Origin: an uncultured Blautia sp.
Lineage (GTDB): Bacteria; Bacillota; Clostridia; Lachnospirales; Lachnospiraceae
Direction of reading: 5' to 3'
NCBI GenBank assembly: GCA_934424575.1
Contig: CAKRXU010000008.1
Span: forward strand, 7,179 to 71,178
DNA length: 64,000 nt
Part shown: one piece after another, positions 46,226 through 54,268 of the stretch
Position numbering within the stretch: the stretch's first letter is position 1
Layout: each line of letters begins with the position of its first letter
The notes under the pieces: generated by a model
What the model was told of the DNA's origin: nothing
Seen by the model: the letters and a program-made list of their open reading frames with translations, nothing else
Database searches by the model: none
Translations under genes and position numbers: made by a program

Positions 46226-47491
46226 ATGAAAACAAAAGCAGTGAGAATGTATGGAACAAGAGATTTAAGACTGGAAGAGTTTGAATTACCGCAGATTAAA
46301 GACGACGAGATCCTCGTAAAGATCATGAGTGACAGCATCTGCATGTCCACCTACAAACTGGCAGAGCAGGGCAAGAAACACAAAAGAGCACCACAGAACA
46401 TCGACACCAACCCGATCATCATCGGACATGAATTCGCAGGCGTGATCGTAGAAGTCGGTGAAAAATGGAAAGATCAGTTCAAACCGGGAATGAAATTTGC
46501 ACAGCAGCCGGCACTGAACTACAAAGGAAGCCTTGCATCTCCTGGATATTCCTATGAATACTTCGGTGGAGCCTGCACTTACTGCATCATCCCTCACGAA
46601 GTTATGGAACTTGGCTGCCTGATGCCATACGAAGGTGACAGCTTCTTCGGAGCTTCCCTCGGTGAGCCGATGAGCTGTATCATCGGAGGATACCACGGAA
46701 ACTATCACACAAACAAACGTAACCATGACCTTTCCGTAGGAACAAAAGCAGGCGGCGATATCATCATCCTCGGCGGCTGCGGACCGATGGGACTTGGTGC
46801 AGTCAGCTACGGTATCCAGATCGAAAACCGCCCGAAACGAATCGTCGTAACAGACATTGATGATGCCAAGATCGAGCGTGCAAGAGAGGTTATCCCGGAA
46901 GCAAAAGCAGCAGAAAACGGCGTAGAACTTCTTTATGTAAACACCGCAAAAATGGCTGATCCGGTCGAAGAATTAAAAGCGATCACCGGAGGCAAAGGCT
47001 ATGATGATGTATTCGTATACATTCCAAACAGAGCGGTTGCAGAAATGGGTGACAAGCTCCTTGCATTCGATGGCTGCATGAACTTCTTTGCAGGCCCGAC
47101 AGACAACCAGTTCAAAGCAGAGATCAATCTGTACAACTGCCATTATACAAGCACACATATTCTCGGTACTACAGGTGGAAACAACGATGACCTGATCGAA
47201 GCGAATGAACTGGCTGCCAAAGGAAAGATCGAACCGGCAGTTATGGTAACACATGTCGGCGGTATCGACAGTATCGCAGAGACAACCCTGAACCTGCCAA
47301 AGATCCCGGGCGGCAAGAAGTTAAGCTATACACAGTTCAACATGCCGATGACAGCAATTGAAGATTTTGGAAAACTCGGCGAGACCGATCCACTCTTCAA
47401 GAAACTGGACGAGATCTGCAAAGCAAACCGCGGTCTGTGGAGTGCAGAAGCAGAGAGAGTATTATTCGATCACTTTGGTGTGGAATACTAA
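46226..47491 (+). CDS. large (421-aa) zinc-dependent medium-chain dehydrogenase, L-sorbose-1-phosphate-reductase (SorE)-like
   Basis: MKTKAVRMYGTRDLRLEEFELPQIKDDEILVKIMSDSICMSTYK...NPIIIGHEFAG...LGGCGPMGLGA. Its length and N-terminus match my recollection of enterobacterial SorE rather than MtlD or GatD. Confidence 0.7.
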   Translation: MKTKAVRMYGTRDLRLEEFELPQIKDDEILVKIMSDSICMSTYKLAEQGKKHKRAPQNIDTNPIIIGHEFAGVIVEVGEKWKDQFKPGMKFAQQPALNYKGSLASPGYSYEYFGGACTYCIIPHEVMELGCLMPYEGDSFFGASLGEPMSCIIGGYHGNYHTNKRNHDLSVGTKAGGDIIILGGCGPMGLGAVSYGIQIENRPKRIVVTDIDDAKIERAREVIPEAKAAENGVELLYVNTAKMADPVEELKAITGGKGYDDVFVYIPNRAVAEMGDKLLAFDGCMNFFAGPTDNQFKAEINLYNCHYTSTHILGTTGGNNDDLIEANELAAKGKIEPAVMVTHVGGIDSIAETTLNLPKIPGGKKLSYTQFNMPMTAIEDFGKLGETDPLFKKLDEICKANRGLWSAEAERVLFDHFGVEY

Positions 47492-47514
47492 AAACAGATA
47501 AAAAATATATTTTT

Positions 47515-47546
47515 TGCCGGCGGGAATTTCCAGCCGGCATTTTTTA
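47515..47546 (+). terminator. rho-independent terminator
   Basis: TGCCGGC (47515-47521) pairs with GCCGGCA (47533-47539), followed by T6. Confidence 0.85.
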
Positions 47547-47634
47547 TATGGAATTAAGAAAATTTAAGAAAATATTCAGAGAAAAGTAATATTATTATGT
47601 AAAAATGATAAGAGCAAAGGCAGGTGAACAAGTA

Positions 47635-49155
47635 ATGGATAATGTACTAAAATATTTAGAAAAAACAGCAGAGAAATTTCCAGAAAAGACAGCTGTTGAT
47701 GATGGAGATCAGCAGTTTACATATCAGGAACTTCTGGAGCGGGCAAGATGCTTTGGACGCTCTTTTCTGGACAAGACAACTCCGGGCAGACCGGTCGCGA
47801 TTCTGAGAGAAAAAGGCTCAGAAGTTCTGGCGGCTATGTTTGGAGTTGTTTATGCAGGATGTTTTTATGTAATGATCGATCCGGAGCAGCCACTTGAAAG
47901 ACTGAAAGACATCCTTGCAGTCCTGGATACAGATCTGGTAGTCACAGACGGCAGATACAGGCATCAGCTTGACGATGCGGGTTATCAGGGACAGATCTAT
48001 CTTCTGGATCAGGAATGTGCAGAAAATCCTCTTACAGAGCAGGATATGGAGAAACTGAAAGAAAGACGCTCCGGGGCAAAGAATACAGATCTTTTGTATG
48101 GTATTTTTACTTCAGGTTCCACGGGCAAACCGAAATGTGTTGCAGTCAACCATCAGTCAGTTATTGACTTTATCGGTCATTTTACGAAGCAGTTCCAGAT
48201 TACAGAGCAGGACCGTATTGGCAATCAGGCACCGTTTGATTTTGATGTTTCCGTAAAGGATATTTATTCTGCGATCATGACAGGCGCGACTCTGGTGCTG
48301 GTTCCGAAGAAACTGTTTGCACTTCCTCCGAAACTTCTTGATTACCTTTGTGACAAAAAGATCACAGTTATGATATGGGCGGTTTCAGCTCTCTGTCTGA
48401 TCTCATCGCTCAAAGGTCTGAAATATAAGATCCCGGAAGATGCAAGGATGATCATGTTCAGCGGTGAAGTTATGCCGGTGAAGCAGATGAGACTCTGGCA
48501 GCAGGCTCTCCCGCAGACCAAATTTATCAATCTGTATGGACCATCAGAAATTACCTGTAACTGTACATGGTATCCGGTACAGAGAGAATTTCAGGATGGC
48601 GAAGTGATCCCGGCAGGCAGGGCTTTTGATGGAAGAACGGTATTTCTCCTTGATGAGGCTGGTGCAGAGATCACGGAAGCCGGCAAAACAGGTGAGATCT
48701 GTGTTGCAGGTGAGTCACTGGCAGATGGTTACTATCATAATGAAGAGGAAACTGCACGCAGGTTTGTTCAGGGGACGATCGCTTCTACCGGACAGAATAC
48801 AAGATATTATAAGACAGGTGATCTTGGATATTATGGCGAGGATGAGAACCTGTATTTTGCCGGAAGAAAAGATTTTCAGATCAAACATATGGGACACAGG
48901 ATCGAGCTGGAAGAGATTGAAAGAGCTTTTGAGAAACTTGACGGAGTTTCAAGATGCTGCTGTCTGTTTGACAAAAAACGTAACAAACTTCTGGGATTTT
49001 ATACTGGCGACAGCGAAGAAAAAGAAGTTCATCAGGAACTCAAACGTTATCTTCCGTTATACATGATCCCAGCAAAGATCCGCAGGATCGAAAAGATGCC
49101 TCTGAATAAAAATGGCAAGATCGATCGCAAATATCTTGCTCAGGAATGGGAGTAA
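47635..49155 (+). CDS. stand-alone amino-acid adenylation enzyme (DltA / NRPS A-domain-like carrier-protein ligase)
   Basis: ATG at 47635 with an AGGTGA SD. Motifs FTSGSTGKPK, NLYGPSE, YKTGDLG, GRKDFQIKHMGHRIELEEIE, PLNKNGKIDRK. FDFDVSV carries the alpha-amino-binding Asp. Confidence 0.85.
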   Translation: MDNVLKYLEKTAEKFPEKTAVDDGDQQFTYQELLERARCFGRSFLDKTTPGRPVAILREKGSEVLAAMFGVVYAGCFYVMIDPEQPLERLKDILAVLDTDLVVTDGRYRHQLDDAGYQGQIYLLDQECAENPLTEQDMEKLKERRSGAKNTDLLYGIFTSGSTGKPKCVAVNHQSVIDFIGHFTKQFQITEQDRIGNQAPFDFDVSVKDIYSAIMTGATLVLVPKKLFALPPKLLDYLCDKKITVMIWAVSALCLISSLKGLKYKIPEDARMIMFSGEVMPVKQMRLWQQALPQTKFINLYGPSEITCNCTWYPVQREFQDGEVIPAGRAFDGRTVFLLDEAGAEITEAGKTGEICVAGESLADGYYHNEEETARRFVQGTIASTGQNTRYYKTGDLGYYGEDENLYFAGRKDFQIKHMGHRIELEEIERAFEKLDGVSRCCCLFDKKRNKLLGFYTGDSEEKEVHQELKRYLPLYMIPAKIRRIEKMPLNKNGKIDRKYLAQEWE

Positions 49156-49160
49156 TGGTT

Positions 49161-50336
49161 ATGCAGACAAAAGAACTGGAAAAGGCAGCAGGATTTGGGA
49201 CACCACTTTATGTATTCCATGAAGAAGAACTGAAAGAAACCACCGGACGTCTGCAGGCGACACTGGGTAAGGTCGCAGGTCTTTGTTATGCAATGAAAGC
49301 GAATCCTTTCCTTGTAAAGATAATGGAGCAGCTTGTTGACCGTATTGAGGTCTGTTCCATGGGAGAATTTGCAATCTGTGAGGAACAAAAAATAGCACCA
49401 GAGAAAATTCTGGTATCAGGCGTCCTCAAAAAGGCAGAAAAGCTCAATGCAGTTCTGGATAAATATGGGAATTCCTGTATGTATACAGCAGAATCCATGC
49501 AGCAGTTTGAGCTCCTGAAAAACTGGTCAATGGAACATAAGCAGGAGATTTCTGTATTTCCAAGACTCACCAGTGGAAATCAGTTTGGAATGGATCAGAA
49601 AACAATAGAAAAGCTGGTCGAAAACAGACAGGAGTATCCATTCCTTAAAATCCGGGGAATTCATTATTTTTCCGGTACACAGAAACGTTCTGTCAGCAAA
49701 ATCCAGAAAGAACTGGAAAAGCTGGATGTCTTTCTTGGTGAACTGAAAGAAAAATATAGATTTGAGCCAGAAGAACTGGAATATGGTCCGGGTCTGCCGG
49801 TTTCTTATTTTGATCCCTCAAAAGAAATTGGAGAAGAGGGGCTTATGGAGATCGTCCGGACAGTGGAACAGATGCATTTTTCCGGAAAGATCACTTTTGA
49901 GATGGGAAGAGCTTTTGCGGCAGACTGTGGTTATTATCTCACAAAGATCATGGATGTCAAATCAAGTGATGACAAAAACTATTGCATTACGGATGGTGGG
50001 ATCCATCATCTTAATTATGACGGGCAGATCAGAGGAATGTATGAACCTCCTATGGAAATCCTTGCCAAGGAGCGACAGGGAGAAGAAAAGAACTGGACGA
50101 TCTGCGGAAGCCTTTGTACAGTAAATGACATCATGGTGCAGAAACTGGCCATTACAGAGCCAAAACCAGGAGATATACTGGTATTTAAAAGAACGGGAGC
50201 GTATTCTTCGATGGAAGGAATGCTGTTGTTCTTAAGTCACAGCCTTCCTAAAATTCTGCTGTATAATAAAGAAGAAGGTTTCAGACAGATAAGAAAAGCT
50301 TATCAGACTTATAAATGGAATATGGAGGAAAAATAA
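49161..50336 (+). CDS. fold-type-III PLP-dependent decarboxylase (Orn/DAP/Arg decarboxylase family 2)
   Basis: PLP Lys in CYAMKANPF, plus EYGPGL and CGSLCTVNDI motifs. ~392 aa. The start is ambiguous (49146, 49155 or 49161); I chose 49161 because GGGAG lies 8 nt upstream. Confidence 0.8.
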   Translation: MQTKELEKAAGFGTPLYVFHEEELKETTGRLQATLGKVAGLCYAMKANPFLVKIMEQLVDRIEVCSMGEFAICEEQKIAPEKILVSGVLKKAEKLNAVLDKYGNSCMYTAESMQQFELLKNWSMEHKQEISVFPRLTSGNQFGMDQKTIEKLVENRQEYPFLKIRGIHYFSGTQKRSVSKIQKELEKLDVFLGELKEKYRFEPEELEYGPGLPVSYFDPSKEIGEEGLMEIVRTVEQMHFSGKITFEMGRAFAADCGYYLTKIMDVKSSDDKNYCITDGGIHHLNYDGQIRGMYEPPMEILAKERQGEEKNWTICGSLCTVNDIMVQKLAITEPKPGDILVFKRTGAYSSMEGMLLFLSHSLPKILLYNKEEGFRQIRKAYQTYKWNMEEK

Positions 50337-50338
50337 CA

Positions 50339-50566
50339 ATGGAAACTTTACTTGAAATCTTAAATGATATTGATGAAACTGTAGACTGGGAAAACGAAAC
50401 AGCACTGATCGATGATCGTATCCTGGATTCTTTTGGTGTGATCAGCCTGATCTCTGAACTGGAAGATCAGTTTGAGGTTGAGATCGATGCATCCGAAATT
50501 ATTCCGGAGAATTTCAATTCTGCAGATGCTATGTGGAAAATGATCCAGAGATTACAGGAAAACTAA
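50339..50566 (+). CDS. acyl/peptidyl (D-alanyl-type) carrier protein
   Basis: 75 aa. ATG at 50339 with a GGAGGA SD. The phosphopantetheine Ser is in LDSFGVISL, and the helical layout is DltC-like. Confidence 0.8.
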   Translation: METLLEILNDIDETVDWENETALIDDRILDSFGVISLISELEDQFEVEIDASEIIPENFNSADAMWKMIQRLQEN

Positions 50567-50574
50567 ATATAACA

Positions 50575-50611
50575 CGCAAAAACGAAGGGCTGGTTTCAGT
50601 GAAACCAGTCC
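50575..50611 (-). terminator. terminator of bioA (hairpin overlaps the bioA stop); may also stop the convergent cassette
   Basis: The minus strand reads GGACTGGTTTC act GAAACCAGCCC followed by TTCGTTTTTG. Confidence 0.65.
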
Positions 50612-51780
50612 TTCATTACGTCAAAGATCTGAATCAGTTCCCCGTCGGAGATCACATAAGGGACCATAGAATACATATAGTTTAAGAACGGTCTGCAGAA
50701 GACACCACGTTCATAGGCAAACTGCTGGAAGCCTTCCAGGGTCTTGGGATCGTGGACTTCCACGCAGGTACAGCCGCCCATGACACGGACTTCTTTGATG
50801 CGTGGGTCAGAGAAATTTTTCATTTCCTGACGGGAGATCTGTTCGATATGCCGGATCTTGCTCATATAATCGTCACGCTCAAAGATTTCAATTCCCTTAA
50901 GTGCAACTGCACAGGCAAGTGGATTTCCCATAAAGGTCGGACCGTGCATCAGGGCAAGGCGGTCATCGTCGCTGTAAAAAGCGTCAAAGACTTTGTGGTT
51001 TGCGACCGTGACAGCATGTCCGATATAACCTCCGGTCAGGGCTTTTCCGAGAACCAGGATGTCCGGAAGGACAAGGTCTGCCACAAAGCGGTTTCCGGTA
51101 CGGCCAAATCCAGTAGCAACCTCGTCAAAGATCAGAAGTACATCATACTGATCACACAGTTCTCTGGCACGTTTCAGGAAAGAAATATCATACATCCGCA
51201 TGCCGCCGGCACCCTGAAGGAGCGGTTCTACGATAAAGCAGTTCAGCCTGTCGTGGTAAAGTTCAAATGCTTCCTCAAGCGCCGGGATTTCTGTCGGGAT
51301 ATGGACAACGCCTTCTTTTTTGTCAAAAGCGAAATGATAATCTTCGTCATCGCCGACTTCCATTGCCTTGAAGGTGTCTCCGTGGTAGGCATGTTCCAGA
51401 GCCAGCACCAGAGGGCGTTTTCTTCCCTGATTAGTGTTGTACTGGAGAGCCATCTTAAGAGAAACTTCTACTGCAACACTTCCTGAGTCGGAAAAGAAGC
51501 AGTAGTCCAGGTCACCCGGAAGAAATTCCTGGAGTTTATCAGAAAGTTTTTCTACCGGCTCATGGGTAAGACCGCCGAGCATTACATGGCAGAAATGGTC
51601 AGCCTGTTCTTTGATGGCGTTGGTCAGTTCCGGATGTTTGTAGCCGTGGATCATGCACCACCAGGAAGAGATCGAATCGATCAGTTTCTGGTCTTTGGTG
51701 TAGAGATACACGCCTTCTGCATCCAGGATCTTATAAGGTTCTTTCATTGTTTTCATCTGTTCATAAGGATACCATATCAT
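50596..51780 (-). CDS. bioA: adenosylmethionine-8-amino-7-oxononanoate aminotransferase
   Basis: 394 aa. MIWYPYEQM...SSWWCMIHGYKHPEL...SDSGSVAVEVSLKMALQY is co-linear with E. coli BioA. Confidence 0.95.
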   Translation of the reverse strand: MIWYPYEQMKTMKEPYKILDAEGVYLYTKDQKLIDSISSWWCMIHGYKHPELTNAIKEQADHFCHVMLGGLTHEPVEKLSDKLQEFLPGDLDYCFFSDSGSVAVEVSLKMALQYNTNQGRKRPLVLALEHAYHGDTFKAMEVGDDEDYHFAFDKKEGVVHIPTEIPALEEAFELYHDRLNCFIVEPLLQGAGGMRMYDISFLKRARELCDQYDVLLIFDEVATGFGRTGNRFVADLVLPDILVLGKALTGGYIGHAVTVANHKVFDAFYSDDDRLALMHGPTFMGNPLACAVALKGIEIFERDDYMSKIRHIEQISRQEMKNFSDPRIKEVRVMGGCTCVEVHDPKTLEGFQQFAYERGVFCRPFLNYMYSMVPYVISDGELIQIFDVMKDWFH

Positions 51781-52475
51781 CTGATCTTCACCTCGTCATA
51801 AAGTGCACTCAGCACATCTGCATCTGTCTCAAGTTCTGTGGCATTGTCCTGTACCTTCGCAAGCACAGGAAGCCCTGTCATATGTTCACACATGAAAATA
51901 TTATCTTCTTCCATGATGTTTCCCGGATGGTAATGATTAAAAATGATGCCCTTAAGCGGAAGGTTGTGTGCCTTCATATATTCGAAAGTCAGGACAACAC
52001 TGTTGATCGTGCCAAGGCCGGCATCGGCAACAAGGATACTGGAAAGCCCAAATTCCCGGATTACATCTTCAAGCTGGATCTTGCACTCATCAAAACAGAG
52101 AGGGCAGAGGATTCCGCCGCTTCCTTCCATCGTGATGTAGTCATAGTTTTCTGCGACTTTTGCAAAACCTTCGCGGACAACAGCGAGGTCAACAGGATTT
52201 CCTTCCACGCGGGAGGCAAGGTGTGGTGACCAGGCATTTTCGTACACATAAGGGCACATTTCGCCAAGCGGCTGTGAGATTCCAGACATCTGCCGTACAA
52301 AAAGTGCATCACCCGGGATCAGGCTTCCGTCTGGCCGGCGGTCATTTCCACTCATGGCTGCCTTGTAATATGCAGGATTCTTGCCTGTCTGTGCAAGTTT
52401 TTTTACGATCAGTCCGGCGATGAAGGTTTTGCCGATGTCTGTACCGGTTCCGGTGAGAAAAATTGCTTTGCTCAT
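51777..52475 (-). CDS. bioD: dethiobiotin synthase
   Basis: 232 aa with the P-loop GTGTDIGKT. ATGA overlap with bioA. Confidence 0.95.
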   Translation of the reverse strand: MSKAIFLTGTGTDIGKTFIAGLIVKKLAQTGKNPAYYKAAMSGNDRRPDGSLIPGDALFVRQMSGISQPLGEMCPYVYENAWSPHLASRVEGNPVDLAVVREGFAKVAENYDYITMEGSGGILCPLCFDECKIQLEDVIREFGLSSILVADAGLGTINSVVLTFEYMKAHNLPLKGIIFNHYHPGNIMEEDNIFMCEHMTGLPVLAKVQDNATELETDADVLSALYDEVKIR

Positions 52476-52482
52476 TTTTACT

Positions 52483-53466
52483 TTACACTTCCTTCCAGTA
52501 TTCAGGAGTCACGTCACGTCCCATGTCAGCGAGCATCTGGCGGTCGCTTCGAATCGTCGCGCAGGCAACGGTGGTCAGCATGTTTCCGGTGATGGAAGCG
52601 GAAGCTCCGGCCTTGAAAGCAGTTTCTCCGTCGTTGGTGAGAAGAGCGCGTCCGGCAGCGAGACGGATGTTTGCCTCCGGGTTGATATAGCGGAAGAAAG
52701 CGATCGTGCGGAGGATATCTGGCTCAGAAAGTTCCGGAAGATGTTCCAGTGGAGTTCCCGGGATCGGCATCAGGGCGTTGATCGGGATGGAATCAATACC
52801 AAGTTCGGCAAGGCTGATCGCCATATCCAGACGGTCTTCCCAGGTCTCCCCCATGCCGATGATGCCGCCGGAGCAGGCACACATGCCCTCAGCTTTGACT
52901 TTTTTGAGGGTTTCGATCTTCATGTCGTAAGTGTGTGTGGTGCAGATGTTCGGGAAATTTCTGCGGGAAGTCTCGATGTTGTGATGGTAGCTGGTCACGC
53001 CTGCTTCGTGAAGACGGTGAAGCTGTTCTGCGGAGATAAATCCCATGGAAGCACAGAGGTCGATCTTGCATTCTTTATGCATAGTCTCATAAGCATGGAT
53101 CGCCTGGTCGAATTCTTTTCCTGTCAGAGCTTTTCCGGCGGTGACGATGGAAAAACGGTCAACACCTTCGGACTCGTTCATCTTACAGGCTTCGAGGATT
53201 TTTTCCTCCGGAAGAAAATCGTAAACTTCGCAGGAAGTGTGGTGGTGTGCGGACTGTGCACAGTATTTACAGTCTTCCGGGCATCTGCCGCTGCGTCCGT
53301 TGATGATCGAGCAGAGGTCTACTTTGTCTCCGATACAGGCCTTGCGGATGCGGTCTGCACCTTCGCATAATTCATCCAGATCGCAGGTGAGAAAGAAGGA
53401 AAGATCATCCTCTCTTGTGATCCTGCGTCCGTCAATGATTTCCTGGGCTAAAGTAAGTGGGTTCAT
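52483..53466 (-). CDS. bioB: biotin synthase (radical SAM)
   Basis: 327 aa with CPEDCKYCAQ (CX3CX2C). Confidence 0.95.
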   Translation of the reverse strand: MNPLTLAQEIIDGRRITREDDLSFFLTCDLDELCEGADRIRKACIGDKVDLCSIINGRSGRCPEDCKYCAQSAHHHTSCEVYDFLPEEKILEACKMNESEGVDRFSIVTAGKALTGKEFDQAIHAYETMHKECKIDLCASMGFISAEQLHRLHEAGVTSYHHNIETSRRNFPNICTTHTYDMKIETLKKVKAEGMCACSGGIIGMGETWEDRLDMAISLAELGIDSIPINALMPIPGTPLEHLPELSEPDILRTIAFFRYINPEANIRLAAGRALLTNDGETAFKAGASASITGNMLTTVACATIRSDRQMLADMGRDVTPEYWKEV

Positions 53467-54053
53467 TTTGCTGTCTCCTCCGTATGTAATAAAGTTGTAT
53501 TGGAATCAGAAAGGTACTGGATCACGACCGGACGGACACGTCTGGCAATGATGGCACCAAGGATGCTTAAAGCGATGTCACCAGGTACTGCAAGAAGGAA
53601 GCAGTAGAGGATGAGCGGCCAGATCCCGATCGGTGTGTTGATCACATAATTGCAGATCACGTAGTAGTAGATCATGCCGCAGGCATAGACGATCATAAGT
53701 CCCGCCAGGTTTGCGAGCAGGTAGCGGAAGATCGTCTTTTTCTTCAGATGTTCTGCGATACGTCCTGTCACGTAAGTTCCGAGGCAGAAACCGATGATAT
53801 AACCAAAACTCGGCTTAAAGACATACCAGAGACCGCCGCCCTCGGAGAAGATTGGAAGCCCTGCAAGTCCAAGAAGCATGTAGGCAACGACAGAGATCGT
53901 TCCCCGCTTCGAACCAAGCAGCAGCCCGGCAAGCATCGTAAACAGATACTGCAAAGTAAAAGGAACCACCGGCACCGGGATCTTGATAAAAGCCCCCGCC
54001 GCGATCAGCGCAGTAAAAAGACTGCAGTAGATTAAAGTTTTCGTCTTTGACAT
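53463..54053 (-). CDS. bioY: biotin ECF-type transporter S component
   Basis: ATG at 54053 with a GGAGG SD (the track start at 54113 is rejected). MSKTKTLIYCSLFTALIAAGAFIKIPVPVVPFTLQ. ATGA overlap with bioB. Confidence 0.9.
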   Translation of the reverse strand: MSKTKTLIYCSLFTALIAAGAFIKIPVPVVPFTLQYLFTMLAGLLLGSKRGTISVVAYMLLGLAGLPIFSEGGGLWYVFKPSFGYIIGFCLGTYVTGRIAEHLKKKTIFRYLLANLAGLMIVYACGMIYYYVICNYVINTPIGIWPLILYCFLLAVPGDIALSILGAIIARRVRPVVIQYLSDSNTTLLHTEETAK

Positions 54054-54085
54054 TTGTAAACCTCCAAAATCTTTATGGTTTACAA
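54054..54085. promoter_or_regulatory. BirA-type operator 1 (covers the bioY SD)
   Basis: TTGTAAACC (54054-54062), 14 nt, GGTTTACAA (54077-54085): a perfect 9-bp inverted repeat. Confidence 0.65.
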
Positions 54086-54113
54086 TTTTAAAAGAAAGAA
54101 CGTAGATTGTCAA
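54085..54113 (-). promoter_or_regulatory. bio operon promoter
   Basis: Minus strand: TTGACA (complement of 54108-54113), 17 nt, TAAAAT (complement of 54085-54090). Confidence 0.6.
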
Positions 54114-54137
54114 CTTAAAAAATAAAAAAGTTTACAA
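54107..54137. promoter_or_regulatory. BirA-type operator 2 (overlaps the -35)
   Basis: TTGTCAAC (54107-54114), 15 nt, GTTTACAA (54130-54137): an imperfect copy of operator 1. Confidence 0.5.
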
Positions 54138-54268
54138 TTGTATTGAAAGGAAAACAACGATTTTAAAGAAAGTCAGGATTTCGTAAAAAGTGGTCAAAAT
54201 ATGGCTGGTATTTTTCTGGAAAAGATATTATGATAAAATTCCAAGTTATATTTTACAGGAGAAAAGGT

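Noticed and set aside
47635-50566. The idea that the adenylase/decarboxylase/carrier cassette supplies the missing BioF/BioW steps (pimeloyl loading plus decarboxylative condensation with alanine) for the adjacent bioF-less biotin operon.
   Set aside because: The cassette is transcribed convergently to the bio operon and is not under the BirA-type operators. The adenylase keeps the Asp that recognises an alpha-amino group, arguing against pimelate as substrate. Known KAPA synthases are fold-type I enzymes, and I know of no Claisen-type chemistry in fold-type III decarboxylases. I keep it only as a long-shot alternative, testable by KAPA auxotrophy of a cassette deletion.
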